Source: a virus
Lineage: Duplodnaviria > Caudoviricetes
DNA length: 64,000 nt
Virus record (IMG/VR): IMGVR_UViG_3300005805_000078
Location: 6,707-70,706 of that record
Direction: 5' to 3' (one strand)
The notes below the pieces were generated by a model. It worked only from the letters and a program-made list of their open reading frames with translations. It did not search any database and had not been told where the DNA came from. This document shows, one piece after another, positions 1 to 10,483 of this stretch (its first letter is position 1; every line of letters starts with the position of its first letter). The position numbers were made by a program, and so were the translations under genes.

Positions 1-1
1 T

Positions 2-2173
2 GATCCGTATGAAGCAAAAGAGCCAGTTACTGCTATTTCACTAACGTTTCTAAACGGCGCTACATTTGTTTGGGGCTGCGGCGACTATCAAACAAAAGGT
101 GAAGAGAAATACACAAAGTGTAAAGATGAATATCATCTACTCAAGTTCTTTCTGAAATTCTGGGTTGATAACTATCCTGATGTTCAATCTGGCTGGAATA
201 CAAAGTTCTTCGATATTCCTTATCTTGTGAATCGTATGCGAAAAGTTCTTGGTGAAGATGAAACTAAGAAGCTTTCGCCGTGGAATATGATCAGTGAACG
301 TGAAGCGTTCGTGATGAACAAGCGTTTGAAAGTGTATGATCTTGTCGGCGTTGGCGATCTAGATTATCTAGAATTGTATAAGTGGTATTCACCGAATGGT
401 AAGTCGCAAGAAAGTTACAGACTTGATCATATTGCAAACTTCGAACTCGGTGAAAAGAAGATCGACTACTCCGAATATGAGAATCTGCATCAACTGTATA
501 AGTTGAACTATCAAAAGTTCATTGAGTATAACATCAGAGACGTTAATCTTCTTATCAAGATGGAAGACAAGCTTCGTCTCATCGAACTTGCTCTCACTCT
601 TGCATATGATACTAAAACAAACTACAATGATGTTTTCGCGCAAACTAGAATGTGGGATGCACTCACGTATAATCATTTGATGCAAAAGAGTATTGTTGTT
701 CCGCCGAGAATAATTAAAGAAAAAGATGCAGCGTTTGAAGGCGCATTTGTCAAAGATCCACAAGTTGGTATGCATGAATGGGTTGCGAGTTTCGACTTAA
801 ACTCACTGTATCCACATTTGTTGATGCAGTACAATATCTCGCCTGAGACTTTGATTGAGACTGAGAACTATACACATACGCTAAGAAACATCATTTCTGA
901 AGGCGTGAATGTCGAGAAACTACTGAATAAGGAAGTAGACACAAGTGCATTATTTGATGCCACTTTGACGCCAAATGGGCAATTCTTTAGAACTGATTTT
1001 CAGGGATTTCTACCCAAGATGATGGAAGAAATGTATGAAGATCGTAAGAAGTTCAAGAAAATGATGCTTGCAGCAAAGCAAGAGAAAGAGAACGAAAAAG
1101 ATCCAGCCAAGAAGACTGAAATTGAAAAGAAAGTTGCTCGATACAATAATCTACAACTCGCTAAAAAAGTCTCACTCAACTCAGCTTATGGCGCTCTAGG
1201 CTCTCAATACTTCAGATTCTATGATCTGAGAATGGCACTTGCCGTCACTACTGCTGGTCAATTAAGCATTCGTTGGATCGAAAAGAAGATCAATGAATAC
1301 ATGAATAAACTTCTCTCATCTGAGAATGTTGATTATGTGATTGCTTCTGACACAGATTCAATTTACTTGCGATTGAATGAATTGGTTTTGAAAGTTTACG
1401 GCGTTGACAAAGTTGTTTCTATGCCTAAACAAAAAGTAATTGAATTCATGGATCGTGTTTGTGAAACGAAATTGCAGCCATATATTGACAAGTCGTTCAA
1501 AGAACTATCTGACTATGTAAATGCATTCGATCAGAAAATGCAAATGAAACGTGAAGGTCTTGCAGACAAAGGCATTTGGACTGCTAAGAAGCGTTACATT
1601 ATGCACGTATACAACAACGAAGGCGTTCAGTACGAAGAACCTGATATGAAAGTCATGGGTCTTGAAATGGTCAAGTCTTCTACACCTGCATCAGTGCGTG
1701 AGAAGATGAAAGACTGTCTTGACATTATCATGAAAAAGACTGAAACTGATATGCACGATTTCATTGCAAACTTCAGGGAAGAATTCAAGAAATTGCCAGT
1801 TGAAGAGATTTCTTTTCCTCGTGGCGTGAACGGCTTGGCAGAGTACGCAGATAAAGTTTCCCTACATAAAAAGGGTACACCATTTCATGTTAGAGGCGCT
1901 TTGTTGTATAATCACTATCTCAAAGAGAGAGGTCTTGACAAGAAGTATCCGTACATCAAAGATGGCGAGAAGATCAAGTTCACATATCTAAAGCAGCCAA
2001 ATCCGTTCAAAGATTATGTCGTGTCATTTTCGAATAGACTTCCTGTGGAATTTGAGCTACAGAATTATATCGATTATGAAACTCAGTTCGAAAAGACATT
2101 CTTAGATCCTATTAAGATTGTACTCGACTGTATCGGCTGGACAACAGAAAAAACTAATTCACTATTTGATTGA
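2..2173 (+). CDS. gp43: Family B DNA polymerase, T4 gp43-like (5' part lies outside the window)
   Basis: Frame open from nt 2; motifs SFDLNSLYPH, KKVSLNSAYG, SDTDS, KKRY. Confidence 0.97.
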   Translation, partial: DPYEAKEPVTAISLTFLNGATFVWGCGDYQTKGEEKYTKCKDEYHLLKFFLKFWVDNYPDVQSGWNTKFFDIPYLVNRMRKVLGEDETKKLSPWNMISEREAFVMNKRLKVYDLVGVGDLDYLELYKWYSPNGKSQESYRLDHIANFELGEKKIDYSEYENLHQLYKLNYQKFIEYNIRDVNLLIKMEDKLRLIELALTLAYDTKTNYNDVFAQTRMWDALTYNHLMQKSIVVPPRIIKEKDAAFEGAFVKDPQVGMHEWVASFDLNSLYPHLLMQYNISPETLIETENYTHTLRNIISEGVNVEKLLNKEVDTSALFDATLTPNGQFFRTDFQGFLPKMMEEMYEDRKKFKKMMLAAKQEKENEKDPAKKTEIEKKVARYNNLQLAKKVSLNSAYGALGSQYFRFYDLRMALAVTTAGQLSIRWIEKKINEYMNKLLSSENVDYVIASDTDSIYLRLNELVLKVYGVDKVVSMPKQKVIEFMDRVCETKLQPYIDKSFKELSDYVNAFDQKMQMKREGLADKGIWTAKKRYIMHVYNNEGVQYEEPDMKVMGLEMVKSSTPASVREKMKDCLDIIMKKTETDMHDFIANFREEFKKLPVEEISFPRGVNGLAEYADKVSLHKKGTPFHVRGALLYNHYLKERGLDKKYPYIKDGEKIKFTYLKQPNPFKDYVVSFSNRLPVEFELQNYIDYETQFEKTFLDPIKIVLDCIGWTTEKTNSLFD

Positions 2174-2182
2174 GGTAAAAAT

Positions 2183-3241
2183 ATGAGCATACTAGATAAA
2201 ATTAAGAAGAATACAAGCATTAAAGAAGCATCGATACTTTCGAAATCGAAGTTCTTCACTGACAAGGACATGATTCCAACAAGTGTACCGATTATTAACG
2301 TAGCATTGAGCGGTGACATTGAGGGTGGATTAACTCCAGGTCTGACAATGTGGGCAGGACCATCAAAGCATTTCAAGTCAGCATTCTCGCTTCTGATGGC
2401 TAAATCTTACATGGACAAGTACAGCGACGCGGCTTTGCTTTTCTATGACTCAGAGTTTGGAACACCTAGAAGTTATTTCGACTCGTTTAAAATCGATATG
2501 AATCGAGTCCTACATGCACCAATCACTGATATTGAACAGTTGAAGTTTGATATCATGAATCAGATAACAAACGTTGAACGTGGTGATAAGCTTATCATTG
2601 TCATCGATTCAATCGGTAATCTTGCTTCGAAGAAAGAAGTCGAAGATGCTCTAGAGCAAAAGTCTGCTGCTGATATGACTAGAGCGAAACAAATGAAATC
2701 TCTGTTTCGTATGGTGACGCCACACTTGACTCTGAAAAATATTCCGATGATTGTTGTGAATCACACATACAAAGAAATCGGATTGTACCCGAAAGATATC
2801 GTTGGTGGCGGCACAGGAAGTTATTACTCAGCCGATAATATCTTCATTATCGGTCGTCAACAAGAAAAGGAAGGTACAGAAATTGTTGGATATAATTTTA
2901 TCATCAATGTCGAAAAGTCGAGGTATGTTAAAGAGAAATCTAAGATACCTGTTACTGTTTCTTTCGATGGCGGTATTAGCAAGTGGTCTGGTCTACTTGA
3001 TCTTGCACTCGAATCCGGACATGTTTTCAAGCCTAGCAATGGTTGGTATTCGAAGATGAATCCGAGTACCGGCGAAATTGAAGAAAAGAAATACCGTGAA
3101 AAAGAAACAAATACAAAAGAATTTTGGGCTTCAGTTTTAGAAGACAAATCATTTCATGAATTCGTTCGCAACAGATACCGAGTTGCATCAAGTGACATCA
3201 TGCAACATGAAGAAGAAGGAGTGACAGAAGATGTACAATGA
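2183..3241 (+). CDS. uvsX: UvsX/RecA-like recombinase
   Basis: Walker A-like GPSKHFKS, DSEFG, IVIDSIGNLASKKE; T4 synteny. Confidence 0.96.
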   Translation: MSILDKIKKNTSIKEASILSKSKFFTDKDMIPTSVPIINVALSGDIEGGLTPGLTMWAGPSKHFKSAFSLLMAKSYMDKYSDAALLFYDSEFGTPRSYFDSFKIDMNRVLHAPITDIEQLKFDIMNQITNVERGDKLIIVIDSIGNLASKKEVEDALEQKSAADMTRAKQMKSLFRMVTPHLTLKNIPMIVVNHTYKEIGLYPKDIVGGGTGSYYSADNIFIIGRQQEKEGTEIVGYNFIINVEKSRYVKEKSKIPVTVSFDGGISKWSGLLDLALESGHVFKPSNGWYSKMNPSTGEIEEKKYREKETNTKEFWASVLEDKSFHEFVRNRYRVASSDIMQHEEEGVTEDVQ

Positions 3242-3569
3242 ACTTGAAGAAAACGTCGATTGGATGTATGTTATTCCAGAAGACGTAAGTAAAAACCTAC
3301 AGATAAAAATTTTGAGCGGTGATTTTAAAGACACTGTGTATGGTTATGGCAGTGTTTCGATCAAAGAAGAGGCAAATGAAGAAGTTTACGTAAGTTTCAA
3401 TTATAATATCTACGATACGCCGCTGGTGAAAGAAGAACTGGAAAAAAACACAGAATTCAAAAATTTCATAGGTGATATTTTGATGAGTGTGATTTCTCAA
3501 AAAATTGATAAGGGACTTAAGGATGAAACTGGAACAAACAATACTGAAAAATCTAATATTCAACGATGA
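3231..3569 (+). CDS. gp40: gp40-like head vertex assembly chaperone
   Basis: Small acidic ORF between uvsX and gp41, as in T4. Confidence 0.65.
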   Translation: MYNELEENVDWMYVIPEDVSKNLQIKILSGDFKDTVYGYGSVSIKEEANEEVYVSFNYNIYDTPLVKEELEKNTEFKNFIGDILMSVISQKIDKGLKDETGTNNTEKSNIQR

Positions 3570-4920
3570 GTATTTGCGAAAGGTGTTGCCCTTTTTAAAG
3601 GATGAGTATTTCTCGGAGAAGGTTGAGAAATACATTTTCAAAGAAGTCGAAAACTTCGTAGAAAAGTATAACAGTACGCCGACGATTGAATCAATCGTCA
3701 TCTCTATGCAAGATAAGAAGAACATGACTTCTGAAGAGTATGAATCTTTTCAGGAATACATGGCTAAATTGTCAGCATTAAAAGATGAGCAATCAAAGAT
3801 AGAATGGCTGATTGACAAAACAGAAAAATTCTGTCAGGAAAAAGCTGTATACAATGCAGTTTTGAATTCTATTCACATTCTTGATGGGAAAGATAAAACC
3901 CTCGATAAGGGTTCTATTCCAAAGATTCTCTCTGATGCACTTGCTGTGAGTTTCGATAATTCTGTCGGTCACGATTATCTCGAAAACTACGATGAAAGAT
4001 TTGATTTCTATCATCGTAAGGAAGAAAAGATTCCGTTTGACCTGGAGTATTTCAACAAGATCACAAAGGGTGGTTTGCTTGCCAAGACTTTGAATATCGC
4101 ACTCGCTGGTACTGGCGTCGGTAAATCACTCTTTATGTGTCACGTTGCATCTGCATGTTTAGTTCAGGGTAAAAATGTACTATACATCACGATGGAAATG
4201 GCTGAAGAAAAGATCGCAGAACGTATCGACGCGAATCTACTAAACGTTTCTCTTGATAGTCTGATGGACTTGTCAAGGGAAATGTATGATAAGAAAATCA
4301 AGCGTGTGAAAGATATGACTGTTGGTAAGTTGATCATCAAAGAATACCCAACAGCCTCTGCATCTTCAACTCACTTTCGTACATTGCTTAACGAATTGAA
4401 TTTGAAGAAGAACTTTATTCCAGATATCATCTTCATTGACTATCTGAATATTTGTTGTTCGTCGCGTATTAAGCCAGGTTCAAATGTGAATTCTTATACT
4501 TATGTGAAAGCAATCGCTGAAGAACTGCGTGGTCTTGCAGTCGAATATAACGTACCTGTTGTGAGTGCTACACAAACTACAAGAAGCGGCTTTACTTCAT
4601 CTGATCCTGGACTCGAAGATACAAGTGAATCTTTCGGTTTGCCCGCTACTGCTGATTTGATGTTTGCTTTGATTTCTTCTGAAGAACTTGAGAACATGAA
4701 TCAGATCATGGTAAAACAACTCAAGAATCGTTATTCGGATCCAACTAGTCACAAAAGATTTGTTCTCGGTATTGATCGTGCAAAGATGCGTCTTTATGAC
4801 GTAGAACAATCAGCACAAAATGACATTGTTGATTCCGGTAAAATTCAAGATAAACCACTAAATTCGTTTGGCACAAGAGAAAGAAATGTTAGCAATAAGT
4901 TTTCTTCGTTGAAGGTATAA
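3523..4920 (+). CDS. gp41: DnaB-like replicative helicase gp41
   Basis: AGTGVGKS Walker A, IFIDYL, SATQTTR, KNRY; ATG 3523 after TAAGG. Confidence 0.96.
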   Translation: MKLEQTILKNLIFNDEYLRKVLPFLKDEYFSEKVEKYIFKEVENFVEKYNSTPTIESIVISMQDKKNMTSEEYESFQEYMAKLSALKDEQSKIEWLIDKTEKFCQEKAVYNAVLNSIHILDGKDKTLDKGSIPKILSDALAVSFDNSVGHDYLENYDERFDFYHRKEEKIPFDLEYFNKITKGGLLAKTLNIALAGTGVGKSLFMCHVASACLVQGKNVLYITMEMAEEKIAERIDANLLNVSLDSLMDLSREMYDKKIKRVKDMTVGKLIIKEYPTASASSTHFRTLLNELNLKKNFIPDIIFIDYLNICCSSRIKPGSNVNSYTYVKAIAEELRGLAVEYNVPVVSATQTTRSGFTSSDPGLEDTSESFGLPATADLMFALISSEELENMNQIMVKQLKNRYSDPTSHKRFVLGIDRAKMRLYDVEQSAQNDIVDSGKIQDKPLNSFGTRERNVSNKFSSLKV

Positions 4921-4923
4921 ATA
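4916..4923 (+). promoter_or_regulatory. T4-type late promoter TATAAATA
   Basis: Exact consensus overlapping the gp41 stop. Confidence 0.7.
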
Positions 4924-4951
4924 TGGGAGTCAAATAAATGTAAAGGCTTCA

Positions 4952-6046
4952 ATGTTTAAACCTAAAGATGTTTATAAAGTTTTCAAGTCTAAAAGTATTT
5001 CTACGCTCATAAGAAATGACAATGATATGTTTTGGGTTTTTTCTGTTGATGAATACTCAAACATCTTGAAAGACAGAATTAATACTGCAAAACGTATTAA
5101 AGATGTTCATCGACCATACCTAACAGGTGTGGTCGATTATATGAACGGTTTAATTACTGAGGCTGAATTAAAATCATTATACGAAAGTATGATGAATAAA
5201 AAAATGACAGTTAAAGTACTTAACAGCGAATTCGGTGAACTCATATCACCGATACTCGCTGTTAAGTTTTTGAAAAGTAAAAATGTAGATTGCATTAATA
5301 ATATAGTATTTCCTGTAAGAGAAAACTATGAGGTGTATGATTTTTTCATTAAAAATGAGTGTCACCATGGATTTAGTGTAAAAGCGGCTGTCGGTGCAAC
5401 AAATACACTTTCTTCTGGTCTGATTTATGAAAGAATTAAAAATATGGAAGATGATGTTGATTTTAAGGGCTATGAGAAAGAACTCATAGTCCTTAAAAAC
5501 TTAGGAAAATATAAAATGTTTCAAGGAGTCTTAATTGCATTTGAACAGATACTAAGAGAAAATGTTATGAATAAGAACTTTGGCGCCGAAACAAATAACT
5601 TGAAAAAAATATTTTCGACTGTTGATTTAATTAGAGATGCAAAAATAATTGAAAACAATAGAAAAAAAAAGTTAAAAGAGTTGAATTTATCCGACACTGA
5701 CGCATATAATCGTTTTCTAAATGAATATATCATTACAAGTGGTTTAAAAAATATAACCGCAGAAGACATAAAGAAATATAAATCTGGTGAGTTGGACTAT
5801 ACAGCTACAAATTTAGTTTATGGATTAATAGATTTTATTTCAAAAGTTGATTTCGATTTTGATTATATTATGGAACAGGCTTTTCAAAACTTGAATATCA
5901 TTAAAGTTTCCTTCACTAAAGGTGTGCCAAAACTTAGAATAGAAAACACGATTCGTGCTGAAAAAATGGCAACATCAACAAATTATGTTTATAGAAATAA
6001 ATCTTCGTTCAAACAAGTTAAACATAAATTAGGAGTGCAGTTATAA
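4952..6046 (+). CDS. Hypothetical protein, possibly PD-(D/E)XK nuclease-like
   Basis: 364-aa AT-rich ORF; FP..ENYEVYDFFI...SVK segment. Confidence 0.5.
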   Translation: MFKPKDVYKVFKSKSISTLIRNDNDMFWVFSVDEYSNILKDRINTAKRIKDVHRPYLTGVVDYMNGLITEAELKSLYESMMNKKMTVKVLNSEFGELISPILAVKFLKSKNVDCINNIVFPVRENYEVYDFFIKNECHHGFSVKAAVGATNTLSSGLIYERIKNMEDDVDFKGYEKELIVLKNLGKYKMFQGVLIAFEQILRENVMNKNFGAETNNLKKIFSTVDLIRDAKIIENNRKKKLKELNLSDTDAYNRFLNEYIITSGLKNITAEDIKKYKSGELDYTATNLVYGLIDFISKVDFDFDYIMEQAFQNLNIIKVSFTKGVPKLRIENTIRAEKMATSTNYVYRNKSSFKQVKHKLGVQL

Positions 6047-6059
6047 TAGAGGAGTTATA

Positions 6060-6791
6060 ATGAATCCAAAAGTGACAGTGATTACGCCAACTACGGCTAG
6101 TGACCAATTAAAAGATGCACTAAAATCAATCGAGAGACAAACATACGATAATATACAACATCTTGTTGTTGTTGATGGCTTCGACAAGTATGGTGTCAGA
6201 GCCACCCAACTCATGGACGGTGTAACACGTTCAATAGCATTCTCTCTTCCACATAATACTGGTTACGACCAATACAACGGCCACAGAATCTATGGCGCAA
6301 TGTCATACATTGCTGAAGGTGATTACATTTGTTTCCTTGACCAAGATAATTGGTACGAAGACAATCACATTGAATCGTTGATTGGAACAATTAAAGCAGG
6401 AAACAAATGGGCATATTCGCTGCGAAAAATTGTCTCACAAGAAGGCGAATATATATGTAATGATGACTGTGAATCATTAGGTAGATGGAAGTCTGTTCTG
6501 AATGACAATTTTATTGATGTTAATTGTTTCATGATACCGAAAATGGCTGCGATTGCATTTTCTCCCTACTGGTATCGAAGAGCGAGACATCCGCAAGAAC
6601 AACCGGAAGTTGATAGAATTCTGTCTGCATTCATGATGCAGAATTTCAATGAATTCAATACAAATGGTATGTACACAGTCAACTATAGAGTTGCAAGCAG
6701 AAAAGATTCAGTTCAAAAAGAATTCTTTCTGCAAGGTAATGAGATTATGAATCGAAAAATGAATGGAGAATATCCGTGGAGAAAGACTTAA
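6060..6791 (+). CDS. GT2-family glycosyltransferase
   Basis: VTVITPT, HLVVVDG, YICFLDQDNW (DxD-like). Confidence 0.85.
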   Translation: MNPKVTVITPTTASDQLKDALKSIERQTYDNIQHLVVVDGFDKYGVRATQLMDGVTRSIAFSLPHNTGYDQYNGHRIYGAMSYIAEGDYICFLDQDNWYEDNHIESLIGTIKAGNKWAYSLRKIVSQEGEYICNDDCESLGRWKSVLNDNFIDVNCFMIPKMAAIAFSPYWYRRARHPQEQPEVDRILSAFMMQNFNEFNTNGMYTVNYRVASRKDSVQKEFFLQGNEIMNRKMNGEYPWRKT

Positions 6792-7663
6792 TTATTGGCG
6801 CTTTTAACAACTTTGAATTCGAAGTTTTAAAGCCTTGGATCTATTCGATTAAAGAAACAAAATTCGATGGTGATATTGTTCTAATTGCTATCGATGCAAA
6901 AGAAGATTTGGTGCGCGATATTGTGAATGCTGGAGTAAAAGTTATTCCGGCACATAATTTAAAGAATATGCGTATTCATATGCTTCGATTCCTTTATATC
7001 TTCGATTATCTAAAAGATACATATCAGAATTATAGATATGTTATCTCAACAGATGTTCGTGATGTCATCTTTCAAAAAAATCCATTTGAGAAATTACACC
7101 ATCATTTAAGTCCAGGATTTGTTGATTTTATCATTGCTCAATCTGAATCCATACTTATCAAAGATGAAGAATGGAATAGAGATAATATACTGAAAAATTT
7201 TGGTCCATATTTCTACGATTCCGTTAAAGATAATGAGGTCTTCAATGTTGGCGTTTTAGCTGGTCATTCAAAATATATTAAAGACCTTTGTTTTTCGTTA
7301 TTTCAAATGTCGATGAATCGTCCAGATTGGGTTGCCGATCAAGCAGCATATAATATGCTACTCTCTTTTGAGCCTTGGAATAGCATAACCCTAAAAACAG
7401 GTTTGATAGATGCTTGGGCTCTGAATGCTCATGTGACGAACAAACCTGATCTACTGGACAAGTACGGACCATTCCTACTTGAACCTAGGCCATATATGGA
7501 AAATGGCATCGTAAAGAATCATCGCGGTGTTCCGTTCTCTATCGTACATCAATATGACCGTGTGCCAGAATGGGCCGATTTTTACTACCGAAAGTACGGT
7601 GTAAACATAACTGAAAAAACAAACACAGGAACAGCACCTAAATATTTCACCTACAAAACATGA
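6776..7663 (+). CDS. GT-A-fold nucleotide-diphospho-sugar transferase-like protein
   Basis: YVISTDVRDVIFQKNPF, NVGVLAG, DQAAYN, IVHQYDR. Confidence 0.75.
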   Translation: MEKDLIIGAFNNFEFEVLKPWIYSIKETKFDGDIVLIAIDAKEDLVRDIVNAGVKVIPAHNLKNMRIHMLRFLYIFDYLKDTYQNYRYVISTDVRDVIFQKNPFEKLHHHLSPGFVDFIIAQSESILIKDEEWNRDNILKNFGPYFYDSVKDNEVFNVGVLAGHSKYIKDLCFSLFQMSMNRPDWVADQAAYNMLLSFEPWNSITLKTGLIDAWALNAHVTNKPDLLDKYGPFLLEPRPYMENGIVKNHRGVPFSIVHQYDRVPEWADFYYRKYGVNITEKTNTGTAPKYFTYKT

Positions 7664-7672
7664 GGACGTGAA

Positions 7673-8497
7673 ATGAGTAAAATATCTATTGTTACAGCAT
7701 TTTTTGACATTGGTAGAGGTGACTGGACTACAGGCGTCCAGAAAAATGGTGGACCACTACCACACTATTTACAAAGATCAGTTGATAAGTATCTGGATCA
7801 CTTTCGTAGAATGTGTGAAATTGATACTGAAATTATTGTTTACACTTCTCCAGATTTAGTTGAAACTATCAAGAGTGTAAGCGATAAAGTTAAAGTAGTT
7901 GCATATGACTATTTCAATACGCACAACGATCTGAGAAATAAAATCGAAGCTATTCAAAAATCGCCAGAATTTTTGAAGAGAATCAATCCATATCAAGTTC
8001 GTAATCCTGAATATTGGTCGAAAGACTACGTAGGTGTAACGTCTCTCAAAGCATTCTACATTAAAGATGCATTTGAAAAGAATTTAATCACTAACGAATG
8101 GGCAGCTTGGGTTGATTTTGGCTATTGCCGAGATGGTGCACATATACCATTGAGTAAGAAGTGGGAGTTCGATTTCACTGAAAACAAAATGCACTATTTC
8201 AATTATAGAGATCCTGTAAATCCGGTTACTGATGTAAACATTGCAGTTCTGAATAACTTAGTCTATATAATTGGCGGCGTTTTCGTCGGTCAAAAAGACG
8301 CATGGAATCTTCTTAGTGAAAGTATGAAGAAATCACTTGAAAGTTTAATGAGTAGAAATCTAGTTGACGATGATCAAGGTCTATTGCTCATGTCATACTT
8401 TTTGAATCCAGAAAAGTATGAACTACATAAGATGCCATTGTCACAAGATATTGAAGATGTTCGTTCTATTTTAAGGAAGTTTAATAAGTATGAATAA
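7673..8497 (+). CDS. HtrL/YibB (WlaTC)-like glycosyltransferase
   Basis: IVTAFFDIGRGDW, AWVDFGY, GGVF, DDDQ. Confidence 0.8.
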   Translation: MSKISIVTAFFDIGRGDWTTGVQKNGGPLPHYLQRSVDKYLDHFRRMCEIDTEIIVYTSPDLVETIKSVSDKVKVVAYDYFNTHNDLRNKIEAIQKSPEFLKRINPYQVRNPEYWSKDYVGVTSLKAFYIKDAFEKNLITNEWAAWVDFGYCRDGAHIPLSKKWEFDFTENKMHYFNYRDPVNPVTDVNIAVLNNLVYIIGGVFVGQKDAWNLLSESMKKSLESLMSRNLVDDDQGLLLMSYFLNPEKYELHKMPLSQDIEDVRSILRKFNKYE

Positions 8498-9878
8498 GTT
8501 GGTAATTTTTGATTTAGATGGTGTTCTAATTGATTCTCGCGAATTACACTTTGACGCACTAAACAATGCTCTTCGAAAAGTTGGTGAACAATACGTGGTA
8601 TCGAGAGAAGAACATTTGAGCCAGTATGATGGTTTGAATACAACAAAAAAATTGAAAATGCTTACAGAGAAAAAGGGTCTACCAATTTCTGTATATGATC
8701 AAGTGTGGTCCGATAAGCAAGAGGCAACATTCAATTTGATTCGTGGATTCAAAAAAGAATATTGGCTTCAAGAGATGTTTCACAAAATCAAACAACGAGG
8801 CTATAAAATTGCTGTTGCTTCGAATTCAATTCGTGAGACAGTTAAACTTTCACTTATTAGTATTGGAGTGATTGAACTTGTTGATTATTTTGTAAGTAAT
8901 GAAGATGTGAGTAGAACAAAGCCATTTCCGGAAATGTACTGGAAATGCATGACTGCAATGAACGTACTTCCTAAGAATACGATTATCATTGAAGATAGTC
9001 ACATTGGACGGCAAGGCGCTCTCGACTCTGGCGCACACCTGCTTGCAGTGGAAAATGCAAGTGAAGTTAATTCTAAACCTATGATGCAAAGAATTGAGGA
9101 TCTTATGAATACGATTGAAGGTACAAGCAAAAAGTCTCTGCCCTGGCGCGATTCCAAGCTGAATGTGTTGATTCCAATGGCTGGCGCAGGCTCACGTTTC
9201 GCAAACGCGGGCTACACTTTCCCTAAACCACTCATCGAGGTGCGCGGAAAGCCGATGATTCAAGTTGTGGTAGAAAACTTGAATATTCAGGCAAACTATA
9301 CTTTCCTTGTGCAAAAAGAGCACTTTCAGAAGTATAATCTGAAATACCTCCTAAACCTGATTGCCCCCGGTTGCAACATTGTCCAAGTAGACGGCCTGAC
9401 TGAGGGTGCAGCTTGCACCACACTACTAGCGAAAGAATTCATCGATAATGATGCACCGCTTGTGATGGCTAACTCAGATCAATTTATCGAGTGGAATTCA
9501 AATGAATGTATGTATGCTTTCTCCGCAGATTCAATCGATGGCGGCATTATCACTTTCGAATCAACGCATCCTAAGTGGTCCTATGCTAAACTGGGTGATG
9601 ATGGCTTTGTGTCTGAAGTAGCTGAAAAGAAGCCTATCAGTAATCTAGCAACAGTCGGTGTTTACTACTGGAAGAAAGGTTCTGATTACGTCAAGTATGC
9701 TGAACAGATGATCGAAAAGAATATTCGTGTCAATAATGAGTTCTATGTTGCACCAGTATTCAATGAAGCTGTTGCAGACTCAAAGAAAATTCGTGTCAAG
9801 TCTATCGATAAGATGTGGGGTATTGGAACCCCAGAAGACTTAGATTATTTCCTAGCTAATTATAAGGAAAAAGTATGA
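8490..9878 (+). CDS. Fusion of HAD phosphatase and sugar-phosphate nucleotidyltransferase
   Basis: N-term FDLDGVLID, KPFPEMY, IEDS; C-term IPMAGAGSRF..PKPLI, EKKPIS, GIGTPEDL. Confidence 0.88.
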   Translation: MNKLVIFDLDGVLIDSRELHFDALNNALRKVGEQYVVSREEHLSQYDGLNTTKKLKMLTEKKGLPISVYDQVWSDKQEATFNLIRGFKKEYWLQEMFHKIKQRGYKIAVASNSIRETVKLSLISIGVIELVDYFVSNEDVSRTKPFPEMYWKCMTAMNVLPKNTIIIEDSHIGRQGALDSGAHLLAVENASEVNSKPMMQRIEDLMNTIEGTSKKSLPWRDSKLNVLIPMAGAGSRFANAGYTFPKPLIEVRGKPMIQVVVENLNIQANYTFLVQKEHFQKYNLKYLLNLIAPGCNIVQVDGLTEGAACTTLLAKEFIDNDAPLVMANSDQFIEWNSNECMYAFSADSIDGGIITFESTHPKWSYAKLGDDGFVSEVAEKKPISNLATVGVYYWKKGSDYVKYAEQMIEKNIRVNNEFYVAPVFNEAVADSKKIRVKSIDKMWGIGTPEDLDYFLANYKEKV

Positions 9879-10483
9879 GATACTTATTTGATGTTGGTGC
9901 CCACTGGGGGCAAGATTCTTTAGAAATCACTGAAAAAAATGATGATATAGTTTGTTATGCATTTGAGCCGACGCCGGAACTTGCTGATCAATTAGTTCAG
10001 AAATCTAGAACATTCTCAGAACGATATCATGTTGTGCCTGTAGCAATATCAAATTATGATGGTATATCGAATTTCCATCTTGTTGTCGGCGACACTGGCA
10101 GTGCTTCACTGAATGCATTCAATGACAATTTGAGTGAAACGTGGCCCGGTAGAACTGACTTCGTGGTTAGAAAGACGATTAAAGTTCCTGTATTCAAGCT
10201 AAGTACTTGGATTAGCCAATATGCGCCGCATGTTACTGAAATTTATCATCTTCATATCGATGCACAGGGCTCTGATCTAAAAGTATTAGAAGGCCTTGAA
10301 GATATGATTTCAATTGTTCAAAGCGGCGTTATTGAAGTTCCACAAGAAGAAAAACTTCGTTTATATAAAGGTCAACACACAAAAGAAGATTGTTTAAATT
10401 TCTTGAACAGAAATAATTTTGTAATTACTAACGTTGTTTCTCAAGTCAATGAAGACAACATTTTCTTTGAGAGAAAGAAATGA
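9875..10483 (+). CDS. FkbM-family SAM methyltransferase
   Basis: FDVGAHWG, AFEPTP, HIDAQGSDL. Confidence 0.85.
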   Translation: MRYLFDVGAHWGQDSLEITEKNDDIVCYAFEPTPELADQLVQKSRTFSERYHVVPVAISNYDGISNFHLVVGDTGSASLNAFNDNLSETWPGRTDFVVRKTIKVPVFKLSTWISQYAPHVTEIYHLHIDAQGSDLKVLEGLEDMISIVQSGVIEVPQEEKLRLYKGQHTKEDCLNFLNRNNFVITNVVSQVNEDNIFFERKK

